A stretch of 64,000 nucleotides of DNA from positions 362,219 through 426,218 of the forward strand of contig NIVC01000862.1 of assembly GCA_002269645.1 (NCBI GenBank), in the 5' to 3' direction. The position numbers were made by a program, and so were the translations under genes. The stretch is from Macrostomum lignano. Taxonomy: Eukaryota. Shown piece by piece: positions 60,101 to 64,000 of the stretch. How positions within the stretch are numbered: position 1 is the stretch's first letter; each line of letters begins with the position of its first letter. Below the pieces are notes generated by a model. The model had not been told where the DNA came from and ran no database searches. It saw nothing but the letters and a program-made list of their open reading frames with translations.

Positions 60101-62715
60101 TTTGTATGGTGGGGGGGGGGCAAAGCCAAGAATTTTACATGACTAGATTTCTGCATTATTTTGTGAATCGGTGTTACTAGCACTCAATTTGGCGCCGCTG
60201 GCACTCATTTTGGCATCTGTCCCCTGGTGGCAATGCGCCTGAACTGAATCGCGAGTCGAAATACGTTGAACAAAAATCACTGGCTCATCGGATTACACAT
60301 TGCAGTGTATATATTTTAGCTCTAATGAAATCTTTATCCAATATGAAGACCTTATGAAACTTTCTTGCCGCGTTGAGAAAATAGAAAAACCCAGTTAAAT
60401 CTAAAAAGATGTCAGAAGTGTAGCACGACATCAGGAGCGGGTTCGTATCCTTTACCGCTGGAATGATAGGATTTTTGATGTGATTTTAAACGTTTTTTGT
60501 AATTCCTTAATAATCTTTCAGACGTCACAGACTCGAACATACCTCGGGCTTACGACGTGTCAGTCGGATTCGGTACTCGCTTCCCATCGACCGGAGTGCG
60601 TCACGAGGACATCAGCAGCATTTGCGACTACTGCGCCGACATGTACTCATTGCCCTTGGACTTCCCCGGCGACGAGAGCTTCCACCAAGCTCTGATGTTT
60701 CCCATTAGCAGCCAGTTTTTCATCTACCTGCCGCAAACCTACTCATTGACTGGCTTAATGATCCGGGGGACCTACAAAAGACTGGATAATGTGCACGGCA
60801 TGGTGACCAGCTTTCAGGTGTGGTATTCGCTTGACAGGAACAGCAACGGCTTGGTGCCCTTCACCAATATTCAGGACGGCTCGGTGGTAAGCCCTGGCAG
60901 ACGGTCTTAGTATCATGATCAATCAATGGATCTCCTTGTCTAGGGGCCAGACCAAATTTACTGCTGCCGTATGGGAATTCTCTTTATGCTGGCTTAACTA
61001 TCAAATTGGCTGATAAAATCAATATTACACAAAGCATTGTAATTATACTTTTACCCAGACGCAATAACAAAACATCTTGGCCATTATTCCACAGTTTTGA
61101 TGTGTACCATAGACATTTGGATTGAAAAAATCCATCGCTCAGTATTTTTGTTAATAAATACAGAAAAACAAGAAGTAAATGAACAAAAAGAAAAATCATT
61201 AAAACTAAAGTACCAGCTACACGAAAAGAGTTCATAATTAATGTCATAGCTAGTGCAGTTTATTAGTTTGTAGTCGAAATTTGACAATGTAAAAATCAAT
61301 TTGTCAAACAAAGTGAAACATGCAGTTCTCAAAGCCGCAGTTTCCAAAGATGCTCGACACTTTAGCCTGATGATTTGGCACTGCAAAAGGAGTTGGTCTA
61401 TGTTGAATGTTTTCTATGAAAGAGAAATACAGGTGCTCAAGTATAGTTGCTGAACTATCCATTTGAAGGATGCACGTCTTGGTTAAGTTGGCTTGCGACT
61501 GATGAGCTTCGTCTGATGAGCTTCTTTGGTACCGCAGTATCCAAGCTGGGATTCTTTGGGACTGTCGGCTGCTCGACTGAATCGATTGGCCGCTTTGAGG
61601 CATCGCTTATAGCCGTCGAGGCGTTGAAGACTGCATGGTCGCGTTTTCTTCCTAGGTAGCGCCGCACGGTTCGTTCAGTCGTCGACAGGAAGATTTTTCC
61701 AATTAATACGCGCGGCTGTTTGACGAGGTGCACTATAGCCATAGTTGTTTGACAAGACAAATAGCTTTTTCTCGCACTACTCGCTTTCCTGATTTCTTGC
61801 AAGACGCAAGCCAAATTAGCACTCATCAGTGTTGTCTATGATCAAACTAATCCACACAACTCAGTCGTTTGTGGGTAAAACAACTCTTAAAAAACAGCCA
61901 ATTGAAGCATGATAAAAAGTGTGGAATAATGGCCGCAAAGTGTGGAATAATGGATAAATAATCAGCGGTTGCAGTGCGTGACAACGATTGTCTGGCGAGC
62001 GCCGGTAGGCGCGAGCCATAGACAAATTGTTGTCACGCACTGGGACCGCTGATTCTTTGCATTGTTTTTCTGTTTGACGATCCTACAGACAATGCATTGT
62101 TTGTAGTAATGGGCTTTTCTGCATTAAAAATGTGAATAATGATCGTCAAATTGCTAAACAATGACTGAGCGCTGACTGAAAGTATAAATATTGTACAATA
62201 CACTTGTATGGTATGCAACTTCGTTGAATAATGGCCATAGACACTCCAGTTTTAACCATTATTCAACTCAGTTGCATAATATACAATCTACCATTGTCAA
62301 TCTCTCAAACCACATACGCAACTATACATTGTCCATGGCGGTACTTTAGGTCTATGGTAAAAATCGACATTAATAGGCAAAATGACGATAAGCGTCATAT
62401 ACCAACAGAAATCAAACGTATCTATTTTGTAGTCTTGAATATAGAGCTCCACTTTAAAATCAATTTTTAGTATTTTTTTCGTTTGTTGCAATGATATTTT
62501 TATTTAGAATTTGGTTAAAATATTTTGAATTATTTAATCATGCCCTTTAAAAAAATTTGTGCAGGTCACGTTCTCCGGCCCACCAGTCTACGATGCCACT
62601 GCTCGCGCGAACTTTCAACGATCAATTCTAGCCACTCTGGTCCAAATCAAGCTGACAGCCTACTGCAATAGGCAACAGTTGAAGATGGATTTAGTTGGCT
62701 ACCCGAACGAGCCGT
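48187..62715 (+). CDS. Large secreted multidomain lectin-like mosaic protein (5' part; continues beyond window)
   Basis: 22 phase-compatible exons: 48187-48262 (signal peptide MILSLTALLLIVVTSAPLAVMAQ), 48473-48849, 49103-49256, 49354-49568, 50078-50207, 52148-52322, 53294-53517, 53951-54205, 54509-54640, 54744-54830, 54927-55160, 55557-55784, 55978-56153, 57018-57348, 57420-57514, 57602-57745, 58293-58452, 58914-59138, 59231-59370, 59802-59925, 60522-60886, 62565-62715. No stop codon reached. Confidence 0.85.
52148..53517 (+). CDS. C-type lectin domain (2 exons) of the mosaic protein
   Basis: CPPGW..FCW..VYWSEADQFC...GKL / YHVGLRR..QWVWSDGS...HCAAL...SVSCSSKLQFICH. Confidence 0.85.
54509..54830 (+). 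CDS. Divergent kringle-like domain (2 exons)
   Basis: CTVVGNDYEYYDYGVTMTYLGHACRPW...KCQ..EYYCQT..QLLC follows the kringle C-x-GNG-x-Y-x-G...T-x-x-G-x-x-C-x-x-W pattern. Confidence 0.6.
54927..55784 (+). CDS. F-type lectin (FTP/fucolectin)-like domain (2 exons)
   Basis: PAFAMD...PDHYWRLV.. / LNNFTVLVSN..LC..KFWCERPVSGRYV..LSITVLQLYG. Confidence 0.7.
55978..57348 (+). CDS. Farnesoic acid O-methyltransferase (Methyltransf_FA)-like domain (2 exons)
   Basis: IHVRLRTSGLKLWLTN.. / PRWEISIGGNGSAAFI...YQSLQLVW..NISIG..IRTVGYTT resembles the FAMeT 'yEIxIGGwxNxxSxI...FWIxW' signature. Confidence 0.55.
57778..58135 (+). mobile_element. tRNA-derived SINE with CORE-like central domain
   Basis: tRNA-like head 57778-57858 (A box TAGTCTAGTGG, B box GGTTCGATTCCC, TCCAGTGGG/CCCACTGGA pairing); TGTGTCCTCGAGCAAGACAATTAACTCT..CTTCAGTT..CTGTAAAATGGG resembles the MIR CORE; (TAT)n-like tail. 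Confidence 0.75.
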
Positions 62716-62979
62716 GTAAGTAGAAGCTGATTTTGAATCTGATGTTGAATACTCACATTACGTCGGTTCAAACAGATGTTGGAAATTCAATTTTTGAAAG
62801 TCTATGCAGATCTAAAGATCTAGCTCCTTTGCTACAAGTAGGTGCCAAAAAACCGGAAAATAATTCATTAATTCTGCAGTTCCACGCTCTATAATCAAAT
62901 GAGTTCTATTTCAGAGAGCCTTCAAACAATTTCAGTAGTTTATAAGTGTTTCGTCATTGTACAGGTAGTAACCAAGGGG

Positions 62980-63125
62980 CAGTGTTGGGCTTTCCGATTA
63001 AGTAACTTCCGGTTCCTAGGAAAGTAGCTTCCGACACTTGTTCCGGTACCGGTAATTTTTAAACAAAGTAACTTCCGGTACTTTCGTTACAGGTCCTTTC
63101 TAATTTTAAAGAACCGCCAGTTAAA
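62980..63125 (+). mobile_element. Possible left end of a hAT-like element
   Basis: Begins CAGTGTTGGG, followed by repeated AGTAACTTCCGG subterminal motifs; no matching right end in the window. Confidence 0.35.
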
Positions 63126-64000
63126 GTTCTTAAACATGTCTTTATGAAAAAACAAAAATATGTGTTGGTCTAGAGTTGAATATGCTGTTATGCCTCAAAA
63201 AAGATGCTACATACGAGCGTAATACTTTTTTATTATCGCATCCAAACTTTGAGTTTTGGAGGCCGATTTTCAAATGTTGATTCTGACTCTTCAGAAGTAC
63301 TGTATGTATGAAGATTATTTTTGTCCAGTTGGTGTGTCACAATGAGTAGAATACATGTACTTTAGAATAATTTTTGTCTGTGTGGATCATTCTCATCGCC
63401 CTACTAGTATTTTGCTGTAATTTTACAGCAGCTATACTTTTACAGTAGTGTAAGTATACTTTTTTTACCGCTGACTCACTTAGAATCAATGATAATCTTC
63501 TGGCAGCCTTAGAAATACCAGTTAACAATTAATAAAAAAGATACCAGGACAACAAATGGATAGTATTTGATAGATGGACCAATGCACAAGACTTTAAATA
63601 CCTTGATTAGTGCCATGCGCTAGCTGCAATTAATTAGCCTAAAAAGTTGAAAGTCAAAAAACACTTTTAGAATAATGCATCAATCGTGTCGTCCTGCACG
63701 AACATCTAAATAAAGAAATCGGCCTTCAAAAACTTTTCCAAAACTTGCAAGAAGTTGTTAAAGGATGTTTATTGTTTTGAAAGTGTCTTGTTTCAGAATT
63801 AATGGTTACCAATAATTACTTTAATTCTATGATTTCATGATGCTTAAAACGTGCTTTAACTTCAAAAATTAAAAACCACAACAACTAGGATCATCCCCTT
63901 TTTACCTTTTTATAATTGTACTACGAGTATTTTGGTGAAAGTTTTGCGCTTTTGGGAAATATTTAGTGCTAACTTGGCTGTTTGGCACCTAAAATCATTT

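Noticed and set aside
61084-61826. Minus-strand ORFs in an intron of the mosaic gene
   Set aside because: No recognisable motif, TIR or splice structure; possibly an old TE relic but unsupported

Overview
Eukaryotic, intron-rich, repeat-rich animal DNA. The AT-rich introns filled with private minisatellites suggest a free-living flatworm such as Macrostomum (inference only). Four protein-coding genes can be assembled from splice signals, each with reading frames that close correctly. (1) A cAMP-dependent protein kinase catalytic subunit (+, ~5.5-15.5 kb) with three candidate alternative first exons and two tandem, same-length, mutually exclusive exons encoding the catalytic loop. (2) An ATF6 membrane-bound bZIP factor (-, 17866-22786, 669 aa). 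(3) A RERE/atrophin gene (-, 36290-40485; BAH-ELM2-SANT-GATA-atrophin). (4) The first 22 exons of a very large secreted mosaic protein (+, from 48187, running off the window) combining discoidin/F5-8C-like, C-type lectin, kringle, F-type-lectin-like and FAMeT-like domains. Between the genes are hAT elements with 8-bp TSDs, a Tc1/mariner-like mini-element, foldback elements, a CORE-type tRNA SINE, a poly(A) retro-insertion and a degenerate LINE fragment. A 4.5-kb duplication flanking a 175-N gap is probably an assembly artefact. Most ORFs in the supplied track are translations of simple repeats. All domain calls are by motif recognition; no database search was run.
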